DNA of 64,000 bases, taken from the NCBI GenBank assembly GCA_963796275.1, contig CAWCKY010000003.1:1536001-1600000 (forward strand). Direction: 5' to 3'. Numbering within the stretch: position 1 is the stretch's first letter; each line of letters begins with the position of its first letter. The stretch is from an uncultured Acidobacteriota bacterium. GTDB lineage: Bacteria > Acidobacteriota > Blastocatellia > RBC074. Below, in pieces: positions 1 to 8,443 of this stretch. The notes beneath the pieces were generated by a model. That model was not told where the DNA came from. It saw only the letters and a list, made by a program, of their open reading frames with translations, and searched no databases. The translations under genes were made by a program, and so were the position numbers.

Positions 1-279
1 ACGTATGCGAAAAATGAGAGGTTCGCACGAGACGAGGCGATCCGCAGCGCTTCGATGGCGGCGATGACATTGATGATTGCGGCGCAGGCGAAGGGATTGT
101 CGAGCGGACCGATGATCGGCTTCGATCCTGAAGGAGTCAAACGCGAATTCAAAATTCCGGATCGTTATGTTCCGGCGATGTTATTGACGGTCGGTTATCC
201 AGCGCCTGGCAACCCCACGCGCAAACCCCGCTTGCGAGTCGATGAGGTCTTGGCTTTCGACAGAGGGCGGGAGTTTTGA
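1..279 (+). CDS. Nitroreductase family protein, C-terminal part (5'-truncated by window)
   Basis: Frame 1 is open from base 1: [42 protein letters not shown]...MLLTVGYP...RKPRL, a typical nitroreductase C-terminus. Confidence 0.85.
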   Translation, partial: TYAKNERFARDEAIRSASMAAMTLMIAAQAKGLSSGPMIGFDPEGVKREFKIPDRYVPAMLLTVGYPAPGNPTRKPRLRVDEVLAFDRGREF

Positions 280-590
280 GAAGACTCACTACAAAGACAC
301 ATCGCGGTTATAGACGATCCATGAGCGATGCTTACGTTGATTTGACCTTGAGAGCGGGCGAATCATTCCGATGCATCAACTGAAAAAAACTATACCTTCC
401 TTTTCAGGCCGGGTTTAACAAATCTCTTTGGAAAAGCGCCTGAGTACACATCGCTCCCAGCGCGCCTGGCTTCGATCGGCGATCGCTGAGGGAACCCGGC
501 ACACTGAAAGCGATGCATACTCTGCGTTTTCCATTGGTGGCAGATCGCGTCCGGGGCACTGGAGCGATTCCTCAATGGCTCTCTCGATAG

Positions 591-620
591 CAAAGTGCAT
601 CGGGAACCGAAAAAATTTCA
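591..620 (-). promoter_or_regulatory. Candidate ECF promoter, copy 1 (TGAAA-N16-TGCAC)
   Basis: Minus strand TGAAATTTTTTCGGTTCCCGATGCACTTTG; same spacing as copies at 2750-2779 and 3815-3844. Confidence 0.55.
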
Positions 621-853
621 CCCATTTCGCAAATTTATTTTGCGAAAATGTGCCGGAGAAGGAGAACGAATTTGAAAGGGCGGGGAAGTGCAATAAGACT
701 GTGTCAAAGCGAGACGCTCGGCGCGCTGGCTCGGCGGCTGGTGAGCAAGTGCGAGTGAAGGCCATAAAAGATTGTGGTAGTTACTGAAGGCCCTGGGTGT
801 GGAGGACTTTGCAACAAATCCCAAAGAGACCAAATTTTAGCGATAGTTTTGAC

Positions 854-981
854 GGAAAGACGCAAAGGGAAGGTAACAGAGATCAGAAAGTAGAGTCAGA
901 ATAAAAGGACCTTTCTCCGAATCAATTCTGACTTCTTACTTCTTACATCTGACTTCTATCTCTTCCCATTTGCGTCTTTCC
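854..981. repeat. Imperfect long inverted repeat with internal ~7-nt periodic repeats, downstream of the DUF4394 gene
   Basis: GGAAAGACGCAAAGGGAAG (854-872) pairs with CTTCCCATTTGCGTCTTTCC (962-981); internal ctgactt/cttactt/cttacat units. Confidence 0.65.
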
Positions 982-1033
982 TGCAATCAAATGGCCCTGT
1001 CCCTCATCAAATTACTGTCAATCCAGTATTTGG

Positions 1034-2062
1034 TTATGGCGTTACGGCAAGATCAATCATTGTTTGGAAATTGTTCTCATCAGGGAAACCCACATTGACC
1101 CCGTTGGTGAAAACGTACTGTGCTACATCGGGAGGTATCTGAAGATTGATCTGGGTGGGATCAAAAAAGATAAGCCTTCTGAAATTGACGGCGCCTACGA
1201 GAAAATTGGCTCCGGTTTGCGGATCGGTAACGATGTCTATGGCATTCAATCTATTAAAACCAAGCAATTGGAATCCGCCATCGAACACGCTGCCAATCGT
1301 TCGCAGTCTGCCTCCGCCGGTGTTCGAACTACCATTGGCGGTCCTATCCTCGATCGTTACAAAGAAGCCGCCATTACCTTCAAACCCATAAAAGAGGGTA
1401 CTCGCTGCGCCATTTAAGTTATTGGTATATGCGCCCATGTAGAGTCCAGGAGGGGTGTTAGCCCATATGTCAACCGGATTAGAGAAGAATACAGGGGTTT
1501 GAACCACCACTGTGTTGAAGACGCCTGCTGCGTCCTTGACAACGGCGTAATTTCGGCCGTTGGGACTGATGAGCCGTATCGCATCGGCGACCGGGTTGAA
1601 GTCAAATACTATCTTGTTGCTTCCGCCACTGCCAATTGCCGGTGATAAGTTGCTCACGAGCGTAGCGCTGGCGTCAGCTGTGTTAATGGTATAGAGACTG
1701 CCACCTTCGTTCGCCAAAGCATAGAGTTTACCGTCGGCCGGGCGAATATCGATCCCGAGAACGGGTCCTTGAACATTGGTAATGATACCTATTCTGTTAT
1801 ATGTGTTCGTGAATCCATCGTCCGGATCTCCTAGCGTGAGGGAGTAAAGGACATTGTTGGCTGCGAGGGCGTAATAAATTTTACCCCAAAGTACCTGTGG
1901 CACTTGGAACTGCGCGCTGCGGCTTGGAGCCGGTGAAGCAGGTAGAGTTGATGAATTGAGGTTACTTTTAGCGTCGGCAGAGTGCCTTCCCATAAGACCG
2001 AACGTCAATGAGATGGCTATCGCCAATGTGGCTAATGTTAGTGTTGTTAGTTTCTTTATCAT
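1034..2062 (-). CDS. Secreted DUF4394-domain protein
   Basis: 342 aa, N-terminal signal peptide, motifs GIDIRPADGKLYAL, GSLYTINT and FDFNPVADAIRLIS typical of DUF4394; GGAGG RBS upstream. Confidence 0.8.
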   Translation of the reverse strand: MIKKLTTLTLATLAIAISLTFGLMGRHSADAKSNLNSSTLPASPAPSRSAQFQVPQVLWGKIYYALAANNVLYSLTLGDPDDGFTNTYNRIGIITNVQGPVLGIDIRPADGKLYALANEGGSLYTINTADASATLVSNLSPAIGSGGSNKIVFDFNPVADAIRLISPNGRNYAVVKDAAGVFNTVVVQTPVFFSNPVDIWANTPPGLYMGAYTNNLNGAASTLFYGFEGNGGFFVTIEDRTANGSSNTGGGRLRTIGSVFDGGFQLLGFNRLNAIDIVTDPQTGANFLVGAVNFRRLIFFDPTQINLQIPPDVAQYVFTNGVNVGFPDENNFQTMIDLAVTP

Positions 2063-2749
2063 ATTTTCCTCCGTTTTTATTTATCCCCCAAGACTTCATC
2101 AGTGAACCAAGTAGTTAGCACGGGTGCGGGCAATTAACTATTAGTTGTTGACAAACCAGTGCTTTCGTTAAGTCATGTTTGACTATGCTCGTAATGTGAA
2201 CTCTTGTTCAGGTAGAAGCTTGGGGGCAGGAATAATAGATTCAACCTTTGAATCTCATGAAACAAAGTTGTCGAACTTTGCGCGATATTACTACTAACTC
2301 GCAAATTTTGTAGCTGTTGTGTTGAGGCATCAATGCTGAAAATAAGTAACTAGTTATTAGCGATATATTGACCATGTTCAGATAATACAGTCCGCTATTT
2401 GAGTACCAGCAGGTAACACCTCTACCCGCCGGACGCAAATAGTAATGTTCCTCCGGTGGGGAGGGTTACCTTTTTGACATCGGGACGTTATTGCTCCCTA
2501 TCTTACAAGCGAAGAAGCTGCTCCAGCACTTTAGCCCGCGAGGCAACTTCTTGTGTCATCCTGACAGCCGATTCCGCCCAGGCTTCGGCCTGTTCGTCTC
2601 GATGCTGCCCTAATGAGTCGCCGTAGCCTTTGATCTGCGGGCCGCGCTCTTGGACATGTCGTTGACATAGGCCCATGACAATTTGATTTCTTCACCTGAG
2701 CGCCGTCCGCGGCGACGTGAACGGCCCCTCTGATGCTCCTTCTCAGTAG

Positions 2750-2779
2750 CAAAGTGCATCGAGAGTCGGAACAATTTCA
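2750..2779 (-). promoter_or_regulatory. Candidate ECF promoter, copy 2, just downstream of the anti-sigma gene and facing the DUF4394 gene
   Basis: Minus strand TGAAATTGTTCCGACTCTCGATGCACTTTG. Confidence 0.6.
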
Positions 2780-2865
2780 CCCTCGTCGCAAAAATCTTCT
2801 GGAAAAAGTGCCCGAGAGGAGCATTGACGTCGAACGCGGCAGGGAAGTGCAATCTGGCCAGTCAG

Positions 2866-3759
2866 TTACTGAGTTAACGTGCGGAAGGTATATTTGGCAA
2901 CATGCACATGGCGCCCTTGTGCTGTGAGCCCTTCGAGAGTCAATAAGTAATTATTGGGCTTTAATAGGCTGGTATTGAAACTGAGGGCTAGCATATCCTC
3001 GGAGCTCGGTTTCAGTCCGCTTCTGCTCCATATGCTTTGGCCTTCGGCCATCGAGAGGCTGGCGCGGTAAGATTGAAGATTTGGGTTAGGCTCTAGTTCA
3101 AGCAGGAGAAAGATTGACTTAGATGTGGGCGAGAGCGTGATTCTATTGACCGGTTGGGATGAGTCGATGCCACCGCCTCTCGCGAGGCTCAGAGCGAAGA
3201 CTGGTATTTCGGCCTGGGACCCCGCGGCTTTTTTCAATTCATTGGCCAAGCGCGAGCGCTCGACTCGTTCGCGTTCGAGCTGAGCGGCAAGCGTGTCTTT
3301 CTGCGCGGACAATTGCCGCTCGCGATACTGTATCTCATTTGTTATGTCGCGAGCCGCTTGCTCTCTCGCTTCATACTTGCGCTGCAGCTCCGAGGAACTC
3401 TGTTTGGCCTGAGCCAGTTCGCGGTGCGCGCTTCTCCATTCCCGGATCAGTAGAGCCACTGGCAGCGCGATCGCGAGCGTTACGCCCGCTAGCAAGGCCG
3501 CTCGACGCGCGCGGCTCAACCGCGCGACCCAAACTAACAGCCCTCCCACCCCAATCTGAAGATCGGTGCGCGCCCTCAATGCCTCTTCTGTCGCGATGGT
3601 CCCGAGCCCGGTGCGCAGGTCATCGGTCATCTCCAGTCGGTCAAGGCATTGCGTACAATCCACGAAGTGATCTTCGAAGCTCATCCGCTCTTCAGTGGAT
3701 AGCTTGCCCGACAGGTAGCGGTCGGTAATATTGTGTTCTTCTATGTACGAATGTTCCAT
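2866..3759 (-). CDS. Zinc-finger (zf-HC2/ZAS) transmembrane anti-sigma factor
   Basis: 297 aa; HFVDCTQC (HxxxCxxC) at the N-terminus, one TM helix, coiled coil, beta-rich C-terminal domain; directly follows the ECF sigma gene. Confidence 0.85.
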   Translation of the reverse strand: MEHSYIEEHNITDRYLSGKLSTEERMSFEDHFVDCTQCLDRLEMTDDLRTGLGTIATEEALRARTDLQIGVGGLLVWVARLSRARRAALLAGVTLAIALPVALLIREWRSAHRELAQAKQSSSELQRKYEAREQAARDITNEIQYRERQLSAQKDTLAAQLERERVERSRLANELKKAAGSQAEIPVFALSLARGGGIDSSQPVNRITLSPTSKSIFLLLELEPNPNLQSYRASLSMAEGQSIWSRSGLKPSSEDMLALSFNTSLLKPNNYLLTLEGLTAQGRHVHVAKYTFRTLTQ

Positions 3760-3814
3760 CGATCTCTCGGACTGCGATTGACCCTATCGGATATCCTCAA
3801 GAGTTTTATATGTA

Positions 3815-3844
3815 TAAAGTGTAACCATTCGTCTCAAAATTTCA
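3815..3844 (-). promoter_or_regulatory. Candidate ECF promoter, copy 3, overlapping the sigma stop codon and upstream of the anti-sigma gene
   Basis: Minus strand TGAAATTTTGAGACGAATGGTTACACTTTA; the TGA is the sigma stop codon. Confidence 0.6.
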
Positions 3845-4516
3845 TTGCCCGGCAAAAAAGGAAACAAAAAAGGCAAAAAGAGAAAAAATCCCGGGCCCTT
3901 TGTCTTTTGCCTCATTTTGTTCCTCTTTGCCTTTTTTATCTCCTGTTGCACGCACATAGAGTTCTCTGTAACGTTCTCGCGCACGATGGAGCACGAGATT
4001 AAATTGCGGGCCGGTCAATCCGTGATCCGCACATATTTTTTCCTTCTCTTCTCCGGTGATATAGAACCGGAAGAGCACCTGGACATCACGCTGGTTGGGC
4101 ATCTCCTTGAGAACTTGGCGGACGAGTTCGGCTTTCTCTTTCCGCAGCAACAGCTCGAGCTGATTGGGTGCGGGATGGGGAAGAGATGTTGTTTCTTCGG
4201 TTAGAGTCATAATCTCCCGCCGCGCGGCACGCCGGAAGTACTCGATGACCAGGTTTCTGGCCACGCCGCAGACGAACCCGGACAGCTTCTCCGGCTCTCT
4301 GAGGTCTCCCCGCCGGATCTTTTCCAGGACGAGGCAGAAGGTCTCCTGGTAGAGGTCATCAGCGATGGCGGAGCCGCCGACCTCCCGGCGAATGATGACT
4401 CTGACGCCGCGATTGTAACGCTCAACCAGTTCTGCCTCGGCTTGCCGATCGCCGGCCCTGATGCGGCTGACGAGATCAGCTCCACTGCCTGCCTGGTTTA
4501 TGGCTAGAGTTTCCAC
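3842..4516 (-). CDS. ECF-type RNA polymerase sigma-70 factor
   Basis: Region 2 (LVERYNRGV...ADDLYQETF...FVCGVARNLVIEYFRR) and region 4 (RFYITGEEKEKICADHGL...VLHRARERYREL); GTG start with GGAG RBS. Confidence 0.9.
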   Translation of the reverse strand: METLAINQAGSGADLVSRIRAGDRQAEAELVERYNRGVRVIIRREVGGSAIADDLYQETFCLVLEKIRRGDLREPEKLSGFVCGVARNLVIEYFRRAARREIMTLTEETTSLPHPAPNQLELLLRKEKAELVRQVLKEMPNQRDVQVLFRFYITGEEKEKICADHGLTGPQFNLVLHRARERYRELYVRATGDKKGKEEQNEAKDKGPGIFSLFAFFVSFFAGQ

Positions 4517-4537
4517 ATTCCATTCTCCGGCGACTGG

Positions 4538-7500
4538 TTACCGTTTGCCATCCAGGTTGGCCCATTCACCGACCTGAATGAAGCCTGCCCAATAGTACGG
4601 ATGCCGCGGCTTGGCCTCCTTCAGCATCTCTAGTTGTATTTGCCTCAATGCTTCACCTCGCCCTTCCCCTTTCATCAATCTCCTGTAATAACCCGCCATC
4701 AATCTCCTCGTCTCCCTATCCGACACCGGCCACAAACTCATCACCTGCGTTTGCGATCCCGCCAGCACTAGCGCGCGCCTCAGACCATAGACGCCTTCAC
4801 CGTTCTTGACTTTGCCCACTCCGGTGTCGCAGGCGGAGAGCACTACAAGTTTCGTACCCCAGAGGTCGAGACTGGCTGCCTCCAAGGCGGTCAGCAGACC
4901 ATCATCATCGCTGCCCCGGTGTTGGTTGACTCCGGCCAGGGCTAATCCGGAGCGCACCAGTGGGTTCTCGATCTTGGCAGCCCACTTCATCAGGCGCGGA
5001 TCGGAGATGCGCAGGGGATTGCCGGTGAAGAGGCTCCCGGGATCTGATGGCGGGATCTCCTGATCTTCAAGGAAGAAGCCGTGAGTTGCGATGTGAAGGA
5101 CGCTGGGTGCGTGTGCCTCTTTGAGGGCGGCCTCGGTGGCTTCATCTCGCAGCAGCAGCGATGCCTCTGGAAGTACGGCTTTGATGGCCAGGGCTTCACG
5201 CCTTGTGCCCGGCAGTCCCTGGAAGAAGACCGCTCTTGGATCAATGCGCGCCGCTGCTTCGTCGCTGGGCTGATCTCCGGCTGGCGAATCTGCCGGATTT
5301 TGATCAAGCGGCGTGGCGGCGGCGGTCTCGCCTGTGCCGAAGAGAGGATTGGCCAGGACGAGTGGAGCGCTCTTGCTCGGCTCAGAGGTTTGGAGACTCA
5401 GCAGGTCACGGCCGCTGGTGAGATAGGTGATGGAATAGCGTTCGACCAGATACCTGTTCCGTTCATCGACCAGAGCGGCAAAAGGAATGAGGTTGAGCGA
5501 GCCATCGGGAGCGATCAGCAGGCGGCGCGTGTCGCCTGGCAATTGGGCCAGGAGCGAGCGTACAGGGCGCATGACTCTCTCATCGAGGGCGCGTGCGAGT
5601 TGGTTGACGTCAGTGCGGTTTGAATCGCGCAAGGCTTTGCGCCAGGCGTTTATCACGCGGTCGGTTGGGGCGGCTTCGCCCAGGTCAATCCATTTCGGCC
5701 GACCTTGCGTTGGTAGCAGATAGACGATGTAGTGCGGCGTGCTGCTCTTGTCGGTCTTTGGATCAAGCGGCGAATGGACGGCGAACTCGACCAAGGCGCT
5801 GTTTGCGGGGAGAGCAGCCTGGACAGCGGCGAGCGTGACTAGCTGGGTGTGCGTGCGAAACTCGGCGCTGCGAGAGCTGAGCTCCGCTTCTAGTTTATCA
5901 ACCTCGTCTTCGAGCGCATCGAGTCGTGTCTGGTGGATTTCAGTCTTAGCCGCGTCTGACTCTTTGAGTGTGAGTGCTGCCAACCGCGAGCGGGCATCAG
6001 AGAGTTTACCGAAGAGCTCTTGATCTTGTGGTGTAGCGTGGCGGCGCAGCGCAGTGATCGAATCGGTCATCGCATCGAGACTGCGGCCTTTCCGGCGCAG
6101 CAAGGTCGTGAAAGCAAGATTGAGCGCCTTAGGATCGTTGGGCGCCGCATGACTCTGAAGCGAGAGTGTGAAATCGGTCCCTTTAGAGAAGAGAGACAGG
6201 TAAGCAAGTTTCTGGCGTTCTGAGCCGATGGCGAGATTGAGCCCGAAGTTGCGTTCTACGATAGCGTTCGCGCGTGACAGAAATGTAACGGCCTGAGCGA
6301 CATCACCTTTTGCCGCGTAAAGCACAGCGAGATTGCTGAGATACTCAGCGATATCTGGGTTCTCTGCTCCCAACGCACCCTCTCCAATGGCCAGTGCGCG
6401 CTCGTAGAGTGGCTGTGCCTTATCGTAAGCGCCTATCTTGCGGTAGAGACTGGCCAGATTATTGAGAGAGCGCGCGAGATAGGGGTGTTCCAGCCCAAGG
6501 GTTTTCTCTCGAATGGCGAGCGCGCGTTGAAAGAGTGGCTGTGCCTTTGCATAGTCGCCTCTCTCGTAGTAAAGGGTTGCGAGAAGGTTGAGGGTGCTAG
6601 CGACATTGGGATGTTCTAGCCCCAGAACTTTTTCCCGGATGGCCAGTGCGCGTTGAAAGAGCGGCTCCGCCCTCGCATGGTCGCCTCTATTGCTGTGGGT
6701 GATGGCAATATTGTTGAGAGAAGCAGCGACATCAGGGTGTTCCGGTCCCAGCGCTTTCGTCCTGATGGCCAGGGTGCGCCGATAAAAAGATTCTGCCTTT
6801 GGATAGTCGCCTCTTTCCGCGTAGAGGTTGGCAAGGTTGTTGAGAGAAGCAACGACATCAGGGTGTTCCGGTCTTAGCGCTTTCGTCCTGATGGTCAGGG
6901 CGCGCCGATAAAAAGATTCTGCCTTTGGATAGTCTCCTCTTTCCATGTAGAGGTCGGCAAGGTTGCTGAGAGCATAGGCAACATCGGGGTGTTCTGGCCC
7001 CAGTACTTTCTCCCCGATGGTTAATGCACGTTGATAGAACGGCTCCGCCTTTGCATAATAGCCTCGCCGTGCGTTGAGGCTGCCAAGGTTGATGAGAGAA
7101 ATACCTACGATGCGATGTTCGGGCCCGAGCGATTTTTCCTGGATCGCTAACGTGCGTTGGTATAATGGTTCCGCCCTCGCGTAATCCCCTCTATTGTTAT
7201 AGATATTACCGAGATTGCTGAGAGAAGTGGCTACGTCTGGGTGTTCGGGACCCAGCATTTTCTCTCTAATAGTCAGCGTTCGTTGATAGAGCAGCTCTGC
7301 CCTCGCGTAATCACCCTTTTGGTAGTAGATGAGGGCTAGATTGTTGAGAGCATTAGTGACATCGGGATGTTCCGATCCCAAAACCCTTTCACAAATTTCT
7401 AGCACACGTTCAACTAATGGGCGCGCTTCGTCATACTTACCCGCCTGATACAGCTGGACGAACGCTGTACTTAGCTTACGTGCTTCATGCAAAGCGCGAT

Positions 7501-8011
7501 CAGTCTCTGTCGCAATGCGCAACTCTACCACTTGAATCTCGTATCGTCCGACCATTGCGCTCTTATATTTCGCCATCACGTCCAGCCGATAGCTGCCCGC
7601 CTCATCCGCCACCAATGACGCAAACTCTCGTCCCTGCGGCCTGGCTTCTCCATCAAATTCTGTCATCTGTTTGCCATCCGGTCCAAACAGCTTCACTACT
7701 ACATCGATGCCGCGTTGTTCAATCACCAGCTTGGCATATTGACCGGGAACAAGCGTCAGCTGATAAGAATGAGCCTGATCTTCAATCAACTCTCGTTCAA
7801 TTGATTGGCCCGGTTCGAACAGTCGAGCCTGCTGATTCTCCTGTGCTGGGATGATCACACTTGCGTAGAGTTTTGCTTCTTTGCTGGAGTAGAGCGTATC
7901 AGGAGATGCTTGGATATCAACGAAGGGCACGCTGATGGATAGGACTAGACTGCAATAGAAAGCCCAGTTACAAAACATACTTTGGATTGATCTTGGGACT
8001 GGGCGAACCAT
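4538..8011 (-). CDS. Exported TPR-repeat CHAT (caspase-like) protease
   Basis: Likely start ATG 8011 (GGAGGT RBS; ORF track starts at 8068); signal-like N-terminus, PPC-like domain, about ten 42-aa TPRs (LGPEHPDVA), CHAT domain with HIATHGFF (His 5081-5083) and LSACDTG (Cys 4829-4831), ends HPYYWAGF. Confidence 0.92.
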   Translation of the reverse strand: MVRPVPRSIQSMFCNWAFYCSLVLSISVPFVDIQASPDTLYSSKEAKLYASVIIPAQENQQARLFEPGQSIERELIEDQAHSYQLTLVPGQYAKLVIEQRGIDVVVKLFGPDGKQMTEFDGEARPQGREFASLVADEAGSYRLDVMAKYKSAMVGRYEIQVVELRIATETDRALHEARKLSTAFVQLYQAGKYDEARPLVERVLEICERVLGSEHPDVTNALNNLALIYYQKGDYARAELLYQRTLTIREKMLGPEHPDVATSLSNLGNIYNNRGDYARAEPLYQRTLAIQEKSLGPEHRIVGISLINLGSLNARRGYYAKAEPFYQRALTIGEKVLGPEHPDVAYALSNLADLYMERGDYPKAESFYRRALTIRTKALRPEHPDVVASLNNLANLYAERGDYPKAESFYRRTLAIRTKALGPEHPDVAASLNNIAITHSNRGDHARAEPLFQRALAIREKVLGLEHPNVASTLNLLATLYYERGDYAKAQPLFQRALAIREKTLGLEHPYLARSLNNLASLYRKIGAYDKAQPLYERALAIGEGALGAENPDIAEYLSNLAVLYAAKGDVAQAVTFLSRANAIVERNFGLNLAIGSERQKLAYLSLFSKGTDFTLSLQSHAAPNDPKALNLAFTTLLRRKGRSLDAMTDSITALRRHATPQDQELFGKLSDARSRLAALTLKESDAAKTEIHQTRLDALEDEVDKLEAELSSRSAEFRTHTQLVTLAAVQAALPANSALVEFAVHSPLDPKTDKSSTPHYIVYLLPTQGRPKWIDLGEAAPTDRVINAWRKALRDSNRTDVNQLARALDERVMRPVRSLLAQLPGDTRRLLIAPDGSLNLIPFAALVDERNRYLVERYSITYLTSGRDLLSLQTSEPSKSAPLVLANPLFGTGETAAATPLDQNPADSPAGDQPSDEAAARIDPRAVFFQGLPGTRREALAIKAVLPEASLLLRDEATEAALKEAHAPSVLHIATHGFFLEDQEIPPSDPGSLFTGNPLRISDPRLMKWAAKIENPLVRSGLALAGVNQHRGSDDDGLLTALEAASLDLWGTKLVVLSACDTGVGKVKNGEGVYGLRRALVLAGSQTQVMSLWPVSDRETRRLMAGYYRRLMKGEGRGEALRQIQLEMLKEAKPRHPYYWAGFIQVGEWANLDGKR
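6711..6962. repeat. Two near-identical tandem 126-bp TPR-coding units
   Basis: 6711-6836 and 6837-6962 share long identical runs such as CGCCGATAAAAAGATTCTGCCTTTGGATAGTC. Confidence 0.85.
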
Positions 8012-8443
8012 TCCGATACCTCCGTTATAGCTAAGGTTGATGTAACCGTCCATCTGGTTTAAGGCCAAGACCGCAAGGAGCTAAAGCGACCTCAAGTTGA
8101 CGTTACTTAAGATCACCAGCTGTCAAACGGCACTGTCAAACGGCTGGCCTATTTCCCCTGCGTGAAAGCCCGATGAGTATGTGTCGGGCTGAACCCTATT
8201 AACCGGGATACCTAACCAATAGAGTCCTCTGATATTTGTTTTGCATCTGCATGCGCGGGGCGGCGAATACGCTTGGGGAATGCAACTCGGGGGCTTCATT
8301 ATAGATTGGAGCTTGGAGCTGGCAATATACCTTGATAGAAACTTGAAGGTAAAGGGGGCTGAATCATCCCGGCTACCTCTTAAAGTGACGTTAAATTTCC
8401 GGCTCAGGTAGGCTTCGGTAACTTTAATAAATTTCCTCGATGC

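Noticed and set aside
390-833. Several 67-119 aa ORFs on both strands, one resembling ORF 2610..2852
   Set aside because: No recognisable protein family; the similarity is explained by the duplicated non-coding segment.
2503-2676. 57-aa minus-strand ORF (MGLCQRH...VLEQLLRL) downstream of promoter copy 2
   Set aside because: No clear RBS or recognisable family; cannot be supported without homology or expression data.
8040-8065. Possible ECF promoter copy upstream of the first CHAT gene (TTACAT)
   Set aside because: No TGAAA at 16-bp spacing.
8120-8195. Direct repeat CTGTCAAACGGC x2 and hairpin AGCCCGA...TCGGGCT, superficially ribozyme-like
   Set aside because: Hammerhead core (CUGAUGA...GAAA) is not present in the right sequence and order; no further support.
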